Part shown: positions 41,325 to 50,924 of the stretch, one piece after another
Layout: each line of letters starts with the position of its first letter
How positions within the stretch are numbered: the stretch's first letter is position 1
Assembly (NCBI GenBank): GCA_963805625.1
Contig: CAWDVE010000010.1
Span: 1,024,001 to 1,088,000 of the forward strand
From: an uncultured Candidatus Rokubacteria bacterium
Lineage (GTDB): Bacteria > Methylomirabilota > Methylomirabilia > Rokubacteriales > DASRDR01
Length of the DNA: 64,000 nucleotides
Direction of reading: 5' to 3'
Notes under the pieces: model-generated
What the model was told of the DNA's origin: nothing
Databases searched by the model: none
The model's input: the letters and a program-made list of their open reading frames with translations, nothing else
Program-made: the position numbers and the translations under genes

Positions 41325-43370
41325 TCAGCGTGACTTGCGCCCGAGGGCGGCGAGCGAGGCCTCGGCCTCGTCGAGCTCCACCGTGCTCGGCGGCGTCCCG
41401 CCGAACCGCGCGCGCTCGTAGAGCGTCGTCACGCGCGTGAACGCCGCACCGGCCGCCGGCCCGAGATCGAAGACGCGGCCGCTGAACTCCCGCGCGGTCT
41501 CGCCGGTGGCCGGGCGGAGACCCCGCCGCGCCGCGGCCCGGAGAGCGCGTCGGTAGAAGCCGGGTGGGCGGCTCCGCGTCGAGCCGAGCCCGCCCCGACG
41601 GTGACACCAGGCCGCCCACGCGCCAACGGCGCCGACCGCCAGGACGATGGCCAGGGCGCCCGCGCGGCCCAGGCGAGTCCGCGTCTCCGGATCGAGCCCG
41701 GCCGACCAGCCGCGAAGCCTCGCCAGCCGGAACTGCACCGACTGGACGGCTCGGATCTGGTCGTGGAGCGTCCAGTTCACCACGTAGCGGTGCCACTGGA
41801 GCCGGAGAGAGTCGAGGTAGAGGAACGCCGGCGTCCGGTCCGCGAGCACGTCGACGGTCGCCCGCGGCGTCGGGTCGAAGGTCACCCAGCCCCTGTCGGG
41901 AACGTACGCCTCGACCCAGGAGTGCGCGTCGTAGTACCGGACGATGTAGTACTGGCCGTACGGGTTCCACTCACCGCGCTGGAAGCCGTTGACGACCCGA
42001 GCCGGGACGCCAAGGCTCCTGAGCATCACCGCCATCGCCGCCGCGAAGTACTCGCAGTGGCCGGCACGGCGGACGAAGAGGAACTCCTGGAGCGGATCCA
42101 GCTGGCTCACCCGCTCGATGTCGAGGGTGTAGCGGAACTGGGTCCGCAGGAAGGCCTCCACGCGCCGGGCAATCTCCGACGGCGTCCGGCTCGTGCCCGC
42201 GACCTGTCGCGCGAGCGCCGGGATCGCCGGCGCCAGCACCGGGAGCTGCAGGTAACGCTCGAGCTGAACGTCGTCGAGGGGCGGCGCCAAGCGCGCGAGG
42301 GCCGCGCTCCGCACCGACGGGCCCTCCACCTCGGACTCGACCGTGTACCGGAGCCGGGCGCCGGGGGACGCCGTGGACAGCGCGCCCATGTCGTCCATCG
42401 CCAGCACCGAGGTGGCCATCGACAGGCGGAGGACCCGCGCGGCCGCGAACACCACCTCGGAGCCGATCGGCTCGAGGAAGATCTCCTGGCGCAGGAACAG
42501 GCCGCTCCCCCGCAGGAGACCGACGTCGAAGCCGCCCGAGCTTGGCTTGACCAGACGCGTCTGGCGGGGATACCGGACGCTCCAGGCCTGCCCGTCGAAG
42601 GTGTCCAGCACGACGCCCCGCCAGCGAAGGTTAGGGTACCGGTCGGGCTCGACCTCGTCGGGCAGGTGCACGCGCATGACGACGTTCGAGTCTGTGAGGA
42701 TGCGTCCGTACGACCCGAGCTCCACCCGCTCGGAGAAGCCGGTCATCATCTGACCGAGGCGCGCGCGGAGCGGCAGGGTCGCCAGCCCCACCCGCGGCAA
42801 CAAAAAGAAGAGGCCCCCCGCCACCAGGAACACCGACACGGCCGCGACGCTCGCCAGCACGGTCACGTAGCGCGTGGGCACCGCCTCGGTCCCCGCCGGA
42901 AGTCCGGTGTGACTCTCGCTCACAAGGTGCTGGAGGAGCGCGATCCAGCTGAGCAGCCCGACGAAGGCGACGAACGTGAAGAGGAACCCCACCCCGAACG
43001 CCGACCCCGAGGCCGCGACGAGCATGAAGAACGCGAGGAACGTGACCGTGCGCGAATCACGGACGCTCTGGAGCGTCGCGAGCTTGTAGAGCACCAGGAA
43101 GAGCAGGAGCCTCACCAGGGCGTCGAAGACGCTGTCGGCGAGGTAGGCGATGTCCACCACGGAGGCCAGCGCCGCGAGGGGAACGAGGACCCGGCCGCCC
43201 ACCAGGCGCCCGGCCCCCGACCGCGGCTGGAGGAGCCAGGCCACCACGAGGAGCACCGCCACGAGCAGGACACCGCGCGAACCGAGGAACTCGGCCAGGT
43301 AGAGGGCGAACAGGCCGTCCGCGACGAGAAGGTAGAGCGTGATCCGGAGGGCCAGCGGCACCATCATCAC
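41325..43370 (-). CDS. Membrane transglutaminase-like protein (DUF3488/TgpA)
   Basis: N-terminal TM region, GHCEYFA / AHSWVE / FDPTP Cys-His-Asp triad. Confidence 0.92.
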   Translation of the reverse strand: MMMVPLALRITLYLLVADGLFALYLAEFLGSRGVLLVAVLLVVAWLLQPRSGAGRLVGGRVLVPLAALASVVDIAYLADSVFDALVRLLLFLVLYKLATLQSVRDSRTVTFLAFFMLVAASGSAFGVGFLFTFVAFVGLLSWIALLQHLVSESHTGLPAGTEAVPTRYVTVLASVAAVSVFLVAGGLFFLLPRVGLATLPLRARLGQMMTGFSERVELGSYGRILTDSNVVMRVHLPDEVEPDRYPNLRWRGVVLDTFDGQAWSVRYPRQTRLVKPSSGGFDVGLLRGSGLFLRQEIFLEPIGSEVVFAAARVLRLSMATSVLAMDDMGALSTASPGARLRYTVESEVEGPSVRSAALARLAPPLDDVQLERYLQLPVLAPAIPALARQVAGTSRTPSEIARRVEAFLRTQFRYTLDIERVSQLDPLQEFLFVRRAGHCEYFAAAMAVMLRSLGVPARVVNGFQRGEWNPYGQYYIVRYYDAHSWVEAYVPDRGWVTFDPTPRATVDVLADRTPAFLYLDSLRLQWHRYVVNWTLHDQIRAVQSVQFRLARLRGWSAGLDPETRTRLGRAGALAIVLAVGAVGAWAAWCHRRGGLGSTRSRPPGFYRRALRAAARRGLRPATGETAREFSGRVFDLGPAAGAAFTRVTTLYERARFGGTPPSTVELDEAEASLAALGRKSR

Positions 43371-44479
43371 GCGGAGTCCAGGCTGATGCGCGTCTCTCGG
43401 AGCCAGCCGTCCGAGGCAAGGCCGGCGCCAGCGCTCGGGCCGGGCGGGACGTAGAGCGCCAGCGCGGTCAGGATGCGCCGCTCCTGGCCACGCCCTCGGT
43501 CGAGGGGCACGGCTCCCGCGGCGCCTGCCAGCTCCACGCCGGTGCCGTTGCGGAGGAGGTGGACGGCGAGCGATGCCGCCTCCGACAGCGCCCGCTCGAG
43601 GCGCATCCCGTCCGCCGCGCCCGTGCCGGTGAGCACGATCCGCGTGTCCTCGGTCGCGTCCTCCTCGAGCTCCCTCACGATGAGGTTCCCCGACTTGGCG
43701 GTGGTGGGCCAGTGGATCAGGTGCGGCTCGTCGCCCGCCCGGTACGCGCGTAGGTTGTAGAGGTCGTGCCCTCGGCCGCGCCGGCGAGCCGCGGCCTCGC
43801 CGTTCGCGGCCTCGCGGATCTCCCGCGGGCGCATCGGATGGACGGCCGGGAACACGAGGACCTCCTCGTCGAAGAGGAGCGGCGGGCCGATCTTGACGAA
43901 GAGCCCGAAGGGAAAGGCCGTGGCCGCGCGGAGCCTCGGAAGCCGCCGCCGGCCGCGGGCGGCGAGCGTGATCTCCCACCCCACGACCCGCTCGGTCCCG
44001 GCAGGAATCCGCGACACGTAGGCGAGCCGCCGGGGAGTCCCGAGACCCCGCCGGTCCTTCAGCCCGATGGCGCGGAGCCAGTCGTCGAGGGTGTGGCGAG
44101 GCCGCCAGGGGGCGAACAGCCCGCTCCGGCCCGGCAGCGGACGATCCAGCGCCTCGAGCGCGACCGAGTAGGACGCGAGCCGCCGCTTCCGGTTGGCCAG
44201 CACGATGGTGACGAGCGCGGGCTGGGTGGCGTGGATCGCGTCCGGCAGGGTCACGGTCACGTGGAGGCCGCGGATGGTGAGGTCCGAGAGCATGCCCGAC
44301 ACGATGATCAGGGCGAGAAGCATGGAGCAGAGGAGATACGCGAGGTTGTTGCCCGTATTCACCGCGGCGACGCCGAGCCCCACCGCCGCGAACACGCACC
44401 ACCAGCCGTCGCGGGTCGGGCGGATGGCCTTCGTCCGCCGCCACCACCAGCTCGCCAGGCGCCGCGCCAGGTGGATCAT
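43367..44479 (-). CDS. DUF58 domain protein
   Basis: AAVNTGNNL, FPFGLF, LRAYRAGD...IHW motifs. Confidence 0.9.
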   Translation of the reverse strand: MIHLARRLASWWWRRTKAIRPTRDGWWCVFAAVGLGVAAVNTGNNLAYLLCSMLLALIIVSGMLSDLTIRGLHVTVTLPDAIHATQPALVTIVLANRKRRLASYSVALEALDRPLPGRSGLFAPWRPRHTLDDWLRAIGLKDRRGLGTPRRLAYVSRIPAGTERVVGWEITLAARGRRRLPRLRAATAFPFGLFVKIGPPLLFDEEVLVFPAVHPMRPREIREAANGEAAARRRGRGHDLYNLRAYRAGDEPHLIHWPTTAKSGNLIVRELEEDATEDTRIVLTGTGAADGMRLERALSEAASLAVHLLRNGTGVELAGAAGAVPLDRGRGQERRILTALALYVPPGPSAGAGLASDGWLRETRISLDSA

Positions 44480-44480
44480 T

Positions 44481-44508
44481 CAGTGGTGGTCGAACAGTGG
44501 TGGTCGAA
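44481..44508. repeat. Perfect 14-bp tandem duplication
   Basis: CAGTGGTGGTCGAA x2, immediately upstream of the DUF58 ATG. Confidence 0.9.
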
Positions 44509-44537
44509 CCTCTGGGGCGTCGTCTCGCGCCCCCCGG

Positions 44538-45482
<945 letters not shown>

Positions 45483-45622
45483 GGCGAGGATTATCGCATG
45501 CAGGGCCCGTGCCGGCCGGATGGTCTCGCCAGCGGCGACCGCCCCCTCTCTGATCCGGTGGATACGGGCGGCGATCTTCCCTCCCGTGGCGATTTTCCCG
45601 GCCCCAGGAGTGCGAGCCGGCC

Positions 45623-45974
45623 CTAGAACTGGGCAGGCTCGAGCGCCACGGCCAGGGCCTCGAGCCCACGGAGAGTGCTTGACGGTCGCCAGATCGGGCG
45701 CTCCGCGGCAAGGGTGAGTGCCGGAAATCGTCGTAACACGGTCCCGATCGCCACCTGAGCCTCCAGCCGGGCGACCAGGGCGCCGAGGCAGTAGTGGATC
45801 CCCGACCCGAACGCGAGATGGCGCGGCTCCGTCACGCCCGAGATCGAGCCGGTCGGGCTCGGCGAAGTGCGCGGGGTCGCGGTTCGCCGCGCCGAGAAGA
45901 CCGAGGACGGAACAGCGCCTGGTGGGGTACGGGTCCGCGAGGAACTCGGAATCGAGGAAGTTCAACTCGCGCAT
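45623..45974 (-). pseudogene. Collapsed cytochrome P450 gene
   Basis: [17 protein letters not shown] joined near 45920 to [17 protein letters not shown]; frameshift near 45834; then [13 protein letters not shown] heme motif. Confidence 0.85.
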
Positions 45975-46197
45975 GCGCGCCCTCCGACGGGGCGAGTGTA
46001 GCGCGGACGCCGATCCCGGACCGTCACAGAAGATTCACCGTCCGCTGACAACGCTGACATCGCGCCACGCAATGCTTGGGCGGCCGGTCCGCGGGGCCGG
46101 AGGAGGTACGCCATGGCGACGAGACCACTCCACGTCCTACCCCCGCACTGACGTTCCCCGAGAGCGGCCCGTCGCTGTCCCGGCAGTCCCGGGCCTG

Positions 46198-47136
46198 CTA
46201 GCCGAAGATCGCCTCCGGCAGGAACGCAGAGACGATCCAGTTCGGCGCGTCGACGATCTCGCTGATGCGGAGGTCGGCGGCGACGCTCGTGACGACGTAG
46301 GCCTCCTCGCGCGTGAGCCCGCGCTCCGCCACCAGGTGCTCGATCAGGTAGCGGACGGCCTGCTGGGCTGAGAGGAAAAGATCAGGCCCATGGGCCGTCG
46401 TCGCGAACTCGGCGCCACGGCTCGGCTGCGGCCCGGCGGTCCGGAACTGGGGCTCGCGGAGTGGGCGCCCCTGGCGGAGCCCGACCCGGAGCGTGACGCG
46501 GGCCGACATCTCGACGGCGCTGATGCAGACCTCCCCGTCGCCCTGGGCGCCGTGGGCGTCGCCGACGGACAGGAGGCCCCCCTCGACCCACACGGGAAGG
46601 TACACGGTCGTCCCCGCGGTGAGCTGCTTGATGTCCATGTTCCCGCCGTTCTTCCGGGGCGGCATCGTGGTGTGGCCGCCGGGCTCGTCCAGCGCGGTCC
46701 CCAGGACTCCGGGGAACGGCGCGAGCGGCACGGCCACGCGCGCGCCCGAATGCGCGTGCATCCGCGCGAACGCGCCGTCCTCGAGGTTCCAGATCTGGAG
46801 GAACGCGTCCGGGAAGTCGGCCTCCGGCAGGAGCCCGCGGCCGGGGCGGATGTGGGTCCACCCGAAGGGCGCCGGCTCCACCTCGACGATGTCGACAACC
46901 AGGACGTCCCCCGGCCGAGCACCGCGCACCGCGACCGGGCCCGTGAGCGGATGGCCCTTCATGGGCCCGCGCGCGGCCGTGTCCCGGCTCGTGGACGCGG
47001 GCGTGTAGTAGCCGTCCGCGGCGTCGCGCGTATCGAGGATGAGCGTGTCGCCGGGCTCCGCCACCAGGCGCGGCGGGATCGCGTTGTTCCATTCGTAGTG
47101 CACGACGGCGGCGTCGAGCCGGCGAGTCTCGGACGT
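46198..47136 (-). CDS. Acetamidase/formamidase family protein
   Basis: GHPLTGPV, GGNMD, GDAHGAQGDGEVC motifs; start codon problematic (see findings). Confidence 0.88.
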   Translation of the reverse strand, partial: TSETRRLDAAVVHYEWNNAIPPRLVAEPGDTLILDTRDAADGYYTPASTSRDTAARGPMKGHPLTGPVAVRGARPGDVLVVDIVEVEPAPFGWTHIRPGRGLLPEADFPDAFLQIWNLEDGAFARMHAHSGARVAVPLAPFPGVLGTALDEPGGHTTMPPRKNGGNMDIKQLTAGTTVYLPVWVEGGLLSVGDAHGAQGDGEVCISAVEMSARVTLRVGLRQGRPLREPQFRTAGPQPSRGAEFATTAHGPDLFLSAQQAVRYLIEHLVAERGLTREEAYVVTSVAADLRISEIVDAPNWIVSAFLPEAIFG

Positions 47137-47213
47137 GGGGACCTCCTCCTCCTCGAGCGCGAGCGGGTTCGGGGCGCCCGACGCCCTCGTGGGCGCTAGT
47201 GTATCGTACCGGC

Positions 47214-48170
47214 GTGGCACGTCCCCTCATCCTCCTGTGGCTCGACGAGGCGGAGGTCTACGCGCGGGCCGTCGAGCGCGCGGGACTCGGCGGGCGCGTG
47301 GAGCTGGCTACCGTCAAGACTGGGGAGACGTCGGGGCCGGCCCTGCTGGGCCGCGTGGAGGGAGCCCTCGCGTGGCGGATCCCGCGCGGCACCTTCGCCG
47401 CCGCACCGCGCCTCCGCTGGGTGCAGACGCTCACGGCTGGCGTCGAGGGGTGGCTCGCGCGCGCGGACCTCCCGCCCGCGCTGACGCTCACCTGCGCGCG
47501 CGGCACCCACCACGTCCAGATGCCGGAGAACATCCTCGGGGCGCTCTTCCATCTCACGAAGCCTTTCGCGGCCGTCCAGCGCGACCAGGAGGCACGCCGA
47601 TGGACGCGCCGCGTCTCGGAGCCCCTCGCGGGCAAGACGCTCGGCATCCTGGGACTCGGCGCGATCGGCCAGGAGGTGGCGCGGAAGGCCGCAGCGCTCG
47701 AGCTGACCGTCATCGGGACCCGGCGCGAGCCGGCGCCCGTCCCGCACGTGGCGCGCGTCCTTCCCCCCGAGGGGGCGGGCGAGGTCCTCGGCGCGGCGGA
47801 CTTCGTGCTCCTCCTTCTCCCGGTGACGCCGGCCACCCGCGACTTCATGAACGCCGGACGGCTCGCCGAGATGCGCCCAACGGCGTGGCTCCTCAACTAC
47901 GGGCGGGGCGAGCTGGTCGTCGACGCCGACCTCGTCGACGCCGTGAAGCGACACGTCATCGCGGGCGCCGTCCTCGACGTCTTCCGGACCGAGCCCCTGC
48001 CGGACGACCACCCGTTCTGGACGACGCCCGGCATCACCGTGCTTCCCCACTTCGGAGGGCTCCACCCCACCCGCGACGAGCTGGTGGCCGCCCTCTTCGT
48101 GGAGAACCTCCGGCGGTTCCTCGACGGCGCGCCGCTCCAGCACGTCGTCGATCGCACACGCGGCTACTGA
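47214..48170 (+). CDS. D-2-hydroxyacid dehydrogenase
   Basis: GLGAIG, NYGRG, LDVFRTEPLP motifs. Confidence 0.9.
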   Translation: MARPLILLWLDEAEVYARAVERAGLGGRVELATVKTGETSGPALLGRVEGALAWRIPRGTFAAAPRLRWVQTLTAGVEGWLARADLPPALTLTCARGTHHVQMPENILGALFHLTKPFAAVQRDQEARRWTRRVSEPLAGKTLGILGLGAIGQEVARKAAALELTVIGTRREPAPVPHVARVLPPEGAGEVLGAADFVLLLLPVTPATRDFMNAGRLAEMRPTAWLLNYGRGELVVDADLVDAVKRHVIAGAVLDVFRTEPLPDDHPFWTTPGITVLPHFGGLHPTRDELVAALFVENLRRFLDGAPLQHVVDRTRGY

Positions 48171-48193
48171 ACGACATCGCGGCCGGCGACGCG

Positions 48194-49045
48194 GTGAACG
48201 TCCTGTCCATCCAGTCGAGCGTGGTCTACGGGCGCGTGGGAAACCGCGCCGCGGTGCCCGTGCTCGAGCGCCTCGGCCACGACGTCTGGCCGCTCGACAC
48301 CGTCGCCTTCTCGAACCATCCGGCGCACGGCACGTTCCGCGGGCGGATCGTCCCCGCCGCCGAGGTGGCGGCGCTGGTCGAGGGCCTCGCCGCCCGGGGC
48401 GTGTTCGGCCGCTGCGACGCGGTCCTCTCGGGTTATCTGGGCGAGCCGGCGACGGCCGCGGTGGTCGCGGACGCGGTCGTGCGGATGCGGGCCGCCCATG
48501 GCGGCGCACTCTTCTGCTGCGATCCGGTCATCGGGGAGGTCGGGCGCGGCGTGTACGTGCGCGCAGGGATCCAGGAGGCCATCCGCGACCGCCTCGTCCC
48601 CTTGGCGGACGTCGTCACGCCGAACCCGTTCGAGCTGGAGCTCCTCACGGGCGTGGCGCCCGCGACGCTCGACACGACGCGTGCCGCGGTGCGAACCCTG
48701 GTCGGCCAGGGGCCGGGTCTGGTCGTCGCTACCGGCCTCCGACTGGCCGAGGCGCCCGGCGAGCTGGCAGTCCTGGCCGCCACCCGTGACGAGGCGTGGC
48801 TCGTTCGTCACCCCCGGCGGACCGTGCGCGTCTGGGGCACCGGTGACGCCTTCGCCGCGCTGTTCCTCGGCGTCTATCTGGGCCGTCGTGACGCCCCGGC
48901 CGCGCTGGAGCATGCCGTCGCCGCGCTGGACGAGGTGCTCGCCGTCGCCGAAGCGCTGGACGCCGACGAGCTGCCGCTGGTCCTCGCCCAGGACGCCATT
49001 GTCCACCCACGCGCGCGCTTCTCGGCAGAGCGTCTCGGCGGGTGA
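48194..49045 (+). CDS. pdxY: Pyridoxal kinase
   Basis: LSIQSSVVYGRVGNRAA, FSNHP, CDPVIG, TPNPFEL, GTGDAF motifs. Confidence 0.92.
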   Translation: MNVLSIQSSVVYGRVGNRAAVPVLERLGHDVWPLDTVAFSNHPAHGTFRGRIVPAAEVAALVEGLAARGVFGRCDAVLSGYLGEPATAAVVADAVVRMRAAHGGALFCCDPVIGEVGRGVYVRAGIQEAIRDRLVPLADVVTPNPFELELLTGVAPATLDTTRAAVRTLVGQGPGLVVATGLRLAEAPGELAVLAATRDEAWLVRHPRRTVRVWGTGDAFAALFLGVYLGRRDAPAALEHAVAALDEVLAVAEALDADELPLVLAQDAIVHPRARFSAERLGG

Positions 49046-49121
49046 AGGGAGGCGCCCGTGGCCCCTCACCTCAAGTAAAGACTGAAGCTCGGTGTTCGAT
49101 CACGTCGTTCCGGGAGGAAGG

Positions 49122-50033
49122 ATGACCAAAGGTGAGATCGGATTCGTGGGGCTCGGCCGGATGGGGCTCCCCATGGCCCGGAACCTGGCCGCGGCCGGCT
49201 ACCGCGTCCACGTCCACGACGTCGCCCTGCCGGCGATGGAGCGCGCGGCTCGAGCGGCGGGGGTCGTGCCCCACGCCTCGGCCGGCGAGGTTGCGGGCGC
49301 GTCGGCCGTCGTGTTCACGGCCCTCCCGAACGATGCCATCGTGCGGGAGACCTACCTCGGCCCGGCGGGCCTCCTCGCCGGGGGTCGCCCCGGCCTCGTG
49401 ACCTGCGACTGCTCCACCGTTAGCCCCGGCGCCACGCTGGAGGTCCACCAGGCGGCGAAGGCCCGCGGGATCCATCACCTCGACACGCCGATGCTGGGGT
49501 CGTCGCCCCAGGCCGAGTCGGGCGAAATCTTCTTTATGGTCGGGGGTGACGCGGCGCAGATGCCGGTGATCCAGCCACTCCTCGACGTGATGGGGCGCCT
49601 CACCATGCACGTCGGGCCGGCGGGCACTGGCAACCGGATCAAGCTCCTCCACAACGCGCTGGGCGCGGTGAACGCGGTCGCGGTGGCCGAGTCGCTCGCG
49701 CTGTGCGACGCGGTCGGCGTCGACCCGCGGACCTACTACCAGGTGGTGAAGAACGGCGGCGGCATGGCCTACTCGACCTACTTCGACCGGCGGGTGCTGC
49801 GGGTGGTCGACGGGAACTACGACCCCACATTCACGCTCGATCTGATGCTCAAGGACGTGACCCTCGCCAGCGAGATGGCCGGGGACCTCCTCTCTAAGCT
49901 GCCGATCCTCCGCGAGACGCTGGCGGCGTACGCGGAGGGTCAGCGGCGCGGTGCCGGGCCGGAGGACTTCTCGGCGGTCACCCACGTCCTCGAGGGCCGC
50001 CTCGGCCACCGCCTCTTCGAATCCACGCCCTGA
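49122..50033 (+). CDS. NAD(P)-dependent beta-hydroxyacid dehydrogenase (3-hydroxyisobutyrate dehydrogenase family)
   Basis: GLGRMGLPMA, DCST, KLLHN, LKDV motifs. Confidence 0.92.
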   Translation: MTKGEIGFVGLGRMGLPMARNLAAAGYRVHVHDVALPAMERAARAAGVVPHASAGEVAGASAVVFTALPNDAIVRETYLGPAGLLAGGRPGLVTCDCSTVSPGATLEVHQAAKARGIHHLDTPMLGSSPQAESGEIFFMVGGDAAQMPVIQPLLDVMGRLTMHVGPAGTGNRIKLLHNALGAVNAVAVAESLALCDAVGVDPRTYYQVVKNGGGMAYSTYFDRRVLRVVDGNYDPTFTLDLMLKDVTLASEMAGDLLSKLPILRETLAAYAEGQRRGAGPEDFSAVTHVLEGRLGHRLFESTP

Positions 50034-50045
50034 TTTCAAACTCCG

Positions 50046-50233
50046 GGGTCAGACCCCGATTTTGGCGTTCGGCACCGAGGTATCCAGTCTCACACTTGGG
50101 GGCCTGACCCCGGTTTTGGTTTCCCTCGGGGTCAGGCCTTGACTTCCCTACACTTCCCGACGCAACGCGAGATGCATGGAAATCAATTGCCTGACCCCGA
50201 GCGAGCCTCGATCAACGCCGGCGCTTCCGTATC
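50046..50233. repeat. Direct repeat copy 1 (REP/REPIN cluster plus duplicated 3' end of the 176-aa gene)
   Basis: Aligns with 50736-50924 at about 690-bp offset; contains GGGTCAGACCC palindrome and GGGGTCAGG...CCTGACCCC inverted arms. Confidence 0.92.
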
Positions 50234-50613
50234 ATCGCCGGCGTGACCGAGCTTGTGATGCCCACTCCGAGGCTCACCTCGAAGAGGGCGTTGCGTGCCG
50301 CGGACTGCTCGGCCACACCCGCGACGGTCTTCTGGTCCTCCGTAACCGCGATGAACCTGCCGTTGGCGTCGGGCCCGACGCGCTGGCCGCTGGTCACGGC
50401 GTCGCCGGCGAGGCATCTGTACGTGCCGATCACGCCGATGTTGCCCGAGTCCCCGTCACGGATGTCCTCGAGCGCCACGCCGTAGAGCACGTCGGTGTCT
50501 GCGGCGCAGGGCGCGATCCCGCCATCCGCGGAGAGCTTCACGGCGAAGCCCTGCTTGATTGTGGAGCCCGTCGTGTTCTTCTTCCGCTGCGTCAGGACCA
50601 GGAACTCTGCCAT
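50212..50613 (-). CDS. Phage capsid cement/decoration-like protein (DUF2190-like) with chimeric C-terminus
   Basis: GVALED..DG, V.G.....AG.AV..G..V..DA.G...., AGVA pattern; SD CAGGAG; last six codons lie inside repeat copy 1. Confidence 0.7.
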   Translation of the reverse strand: MAEFLVLTQRKKNTTGSTIKQGFAVKLSADGGIAPCAADTDVLYGVALEDIRDGDSGNIGVIGTYRCLAGDAVTSGQRVGPDANGRFIAVTEDQKTVAGVAEQSAARNALFEVSLGVGITSSVTPAMIRKRRR

Positions 50614-50655
50614 GGTGGTTTCTCCTGTTTGCTCCGGGAGTTAGCGGCGCACGCC

Positions 50656-50735
50656 TCAGTGGGCCGCGCTCAGGTTCACGAAGGGCCCCTCGCGCTTCGC
50701 CTCACACGCGAGCTCGAAGACGGTGTCGTAGTCGA
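50656..50735 (-). pseudogene. 3' fragment of the phage gene preceding the cement gene (possibly protease/scaffold)
   Basis: LDYDTVFELACEAKREGPFVNLSAAH* cut exactly at the REP palindrome; identity inferred only from phage head gene order. Confidence 0.4.
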
Positions 50736-50924
50736 GGGTCAGACCCTGATTTTGGCGTTCGGCACCGAGGTATCCAGTCTCAAACTCGGGGTCTAGCCCC
50801 GGTTTTGGTTTCCCTCGGGGTCGGCCTTGACTTCCGTACACTTCGCGACACGCGACGCGAGATGCATGGAAATCAACGCCTGACCCCGAGCCGGGGCTTC
50901 GATCAGCGCAGGCGATTCCGCATC
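50736..50924. repeat. Direct repeat copy 2
   Basis: Same unit as 50046-50233; overlaps the stop and last six codons of the 50903-51433 gene. Confidence 0.92.

Noticed and set aside
41325-44447. 1040-aa transglutaminase
   Set aside because: The first ~360 codons are an alternative frame of the DUF58 gene; the real start is at about 43370
50046-50924. CRISPR array or DGR template/variable repeat pair
   Set aside because: Only two ~188-bp copies with a ~500-bp insert; mismatches include indels and are not adenine-specific; no cas or reverse transcriptase gene in the window
50046-50924. Integron cassette array (each repeat abuts a stop codon)
   Set aside because: No RYYYAAC/GTTRRRY attC boxes or integrase seen; the stop-codon adjacency is explained by duplication of the gene's 3' end
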